From: an uncultured Phocaeicola sp.
GTDB lineage: Bacteria > Bacteroidota > Bacteroidia > Bacteroidales > Bacteroidaceae
Reading direction: 5' to 3'
Length of the DNA stretch: 64,000 nt
NCBI GenBank assembly: GCA_944322395.1
Contig: CALUPA010000002.1
Span: 18 to 64,017 of the forward strand
Shown here: positions 62,335 to 64,000 of the stretch, one piece after another
Layout: the number at the start of each line of letters is the position of its first letter
Position numbering within the stretch: the first letter of the stretch is position 1
Translations under genes and position numbers: made by a program
Notes under the pieces: generated by a model
The model's database searches: none
The model's input: only the letters and a program-made list of their open reading frames with translations
What the model was told of the DNA's origin: nothing

Positions 62335-63591
62335 ATGGGTATAATCATAGAACTTATAATTACAATGGCATTTTCTGCATTCTTTTCCGGAATGGAGATT
62401 GCCTTTGTGTCATCCAATAAGCTTAGATTCGAAATGGAGAAGAGCAATAACTTCTCAACTAAGATTCTGACCGTATTCTACAAAAATCCAAATAATTTCA
62501 TATCAACAATGTTGGTAGGAAATAATATAGCACTTGTCATATACGGTATACTAATGGCTGAAATAATAGAACAACATCTCTTGGCAGGTATAATTACAAA
62601 CGAGGCCTTGTTGGTTGTTACACAAACTATTATTTCTACATTAATAATTCTCATCACAGGAGAATTTATGCCAAAAACTTTATTCAAAATAAACCCAAAC
62701 TTCACATTAAAGCTATTCTGTATACCTACCTATCTGTGTTATCTAGTGTTATACCCCATCAGCAAATTTTCCGCATTGATGTCAACAACCATTTTAAGAT
62801 TGGCTGGCAAAAAAATCAAAAAGGAAGACAGCGAAAAGGCTTTTTCGAAAGTAGATTTGGACTATCTCATTGAAAGCAGCATTGATGATACTATAAAAGA
62901 AAATGAAATAGAACCTGAAATTCAAATTTTCCGCAATGCACTTGATTTCTCTAGTATTAAAGTAAAAGACTGCATGATACCTAGAACAGAGATTATTGCA
63001 GTGGAAACCGGAACCCCGAAAGAAGAAATAATGAAGGTCTTTATTGACAGCGGATTGAGTAAAATTATTGTATTCAGAGATAATATTGATAATATTATAG
63101 GTTACATTCATTCATCAGAAATGTTCAATACACACGACGAATGGGAAAGTAATATCAAATCAATTCCCGTAGTTCCGGAAAGTATGAGTGCCAATAAACT
63201 CATGCAACTTCTGATGCAACAGAAAAAGTCTCTTGCAGTAGTAGTCGACGAGTTTGGTGGAACATCAGGAATAATTGCCTTAGAAGACCTGGTAGAAGAA
63301 CTTTTGGGTGATATTGAAGACGAACATGACAATAAGAATACCATAGCAAAGGCTCTAAGCGATAACGAATACATCCTATCCGGCAGATTGGAAATAGAAG
63401 AAATAAACGAAAAATTCAATCTTGACCTACCTGAAAGTGATGAATATCAAACCTTAGGAGGACTGATAATTAACGAATATCAGAGAATACCTAAACCGCA
63501 CGAGAAAATAGTAATAGACCGTTTTCAGTTCAATATTATCAAAGCCACCAATACAAAAATAGAATTGGTGAAACTGAAAATACAGAAATAA
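62335..63591 (+). CDS. Hemolysin/CNNM (TlyC/CorC) family protein
   Basis: SAFFSGMEIA, GEFMPK, CBS pair (MIPR...VVDEFGGTSG), CorC_HlyC C-terminus. Confidence 0.9.
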   Translation: MGIIIELIITMAFSAFFSGMEIAFVSSNKLRFEMEKSNNFSTKILTVFYKNPNNFISTMLVGNNIALVIYGILMAEIIEQHLLAGIITNEALLVVTQTIISTLIILITGEFMPKTLFKINPNFTLKLFCIPTYLCYLVLYPISKFSALMSTTILRLAGKKIKKEDSEKAFSKVDLDYLIESSIDDTIKENEIEPEIQIFRNALDFSSIKVKDCMIPRTEIIAVETGTPKEEIMKVFIDSGLSKIIVFRDNIDNIIGYIHSSEMFNTHDEWESNIKSIPVVPESMSANKLMQLLMQQKKSLAVVVDEFGGTSGIIALEDLVEELLGDIEDEHDNKNTIAKALSDNEYILSGRLEIEEINEKFNLDLPESDEYQTLGGLIINEYQRIPKPHEKIVIDRFQFNIIKATNTKIELVKLKIQK

Positions 63592-63687
63592 GCATTTTTT
63601 TCTACAGAAAATAGCAACTCAAAAACATTTTTCGTATCTTCGTGCGCTAAATACAGAAAAACAATAAACAAAAAATAATAATTTTAA

Positions 63688-64000
63688 ATGGCAACTTTAC
63701 AAACTATTAGAAGCAAAGGACCATTATTGGTCATTGTTATCGGTATTGCCCTCTTCGCTTTTATAGCAGGTGACGCTTGGAAAATATTCCAGCCACATCA
63801 GGGAAGGCAAGACATTGGAGAGATTAATGGAGAGAAAATCTCCGCTCAGGATTATCAGAAACTGGTTGATGAATACACTGAAGTTATCAAACTTACAAAC
63901 GGATTGGCTTCACTTAATGAAAATCAGCTGGCAAGTGTTAAAGACCAGGTATGGCAATCTTATGTAAACAACAAACTTATTGCTGAACAGGCAGAAGCTC
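63688..64000 (+). CDS. SurA-N/PpiD-like peptidylprolyl isomerase, runs off the window end
   Basis: Hand translation MATLQTIRSKGPLLVIVIGIALFAFIAGDAW...IGEINGEKIS; no stop before 64000. Confidence 0.85.
   Translation, partial: MATLQTIRSKGPLLVIVIGIALFAFIAGDAWKIFQPHQGRQDIGEINGEKISAQDYQKLVDEYTEVIKLTNGLASLNENQLASVKDQVWQSYVNNKLIAEQAEA

Noticed and set aside
710..63967. Many short antisense or overlapping ORFs in the six-frame track
   Set aside because: They lie within well-supported genes on the other strand or frame and have no recognisable motifs.

Overview
AT-rich chromosomal window from a member of the Bacteroidales (Bacteroidaceae-like, judged from protein sequences and many TAnnTTTG -7 promoter boxes). 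Most of it is housekeeping: cls, metF, holB, PSP1/RicT, gldH, the mreBCD-mrdA-rodA cluster, a stand-alone IMP cyclohydrolase, a Pi transporter, fumarase, hflX, queH, a fused NfnAB, a 2-oxoacid:ferredoxin oxidoreductase operon, several outer-membrane proteins, valS, secA, lnb, coaX, lptC and a partial PPIase. The best candidate for an undescribed system is an 11-gene co-oriented envelope operon (19466-30052). It combines an OM beta-barrel, three LPP20/FlgT-N-like proteins, two putative CsgG/TolB-N-like proteins, a Zn-ribbon membrane protein, an SPFH-GYF_2 protein, a stand-alone GYF_2, a 4-TM protein and a transglutaminase-like Cys-His-Asp enzyme placed behind an internal terminator. Other signals: two copies of an 88-bp element of eight phased 11-bp GTnnnAC units; a 22-bp phased AAACG-N6-CGTTT array and Pho-box-like repeats upstream of the Pi transporter; out-of-frame internal deletions in fumarase and in essential valS (probably assembly artefacts); and a decayed patch (47470-49230) with a MITE-like element, a C10-peptidase relic, an orphan lipoprotein and an IS66 fragment. 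No rRNA, tRNA or CRISPR array was seen. All family assignments come from motif recognition and memory; no searches were run.
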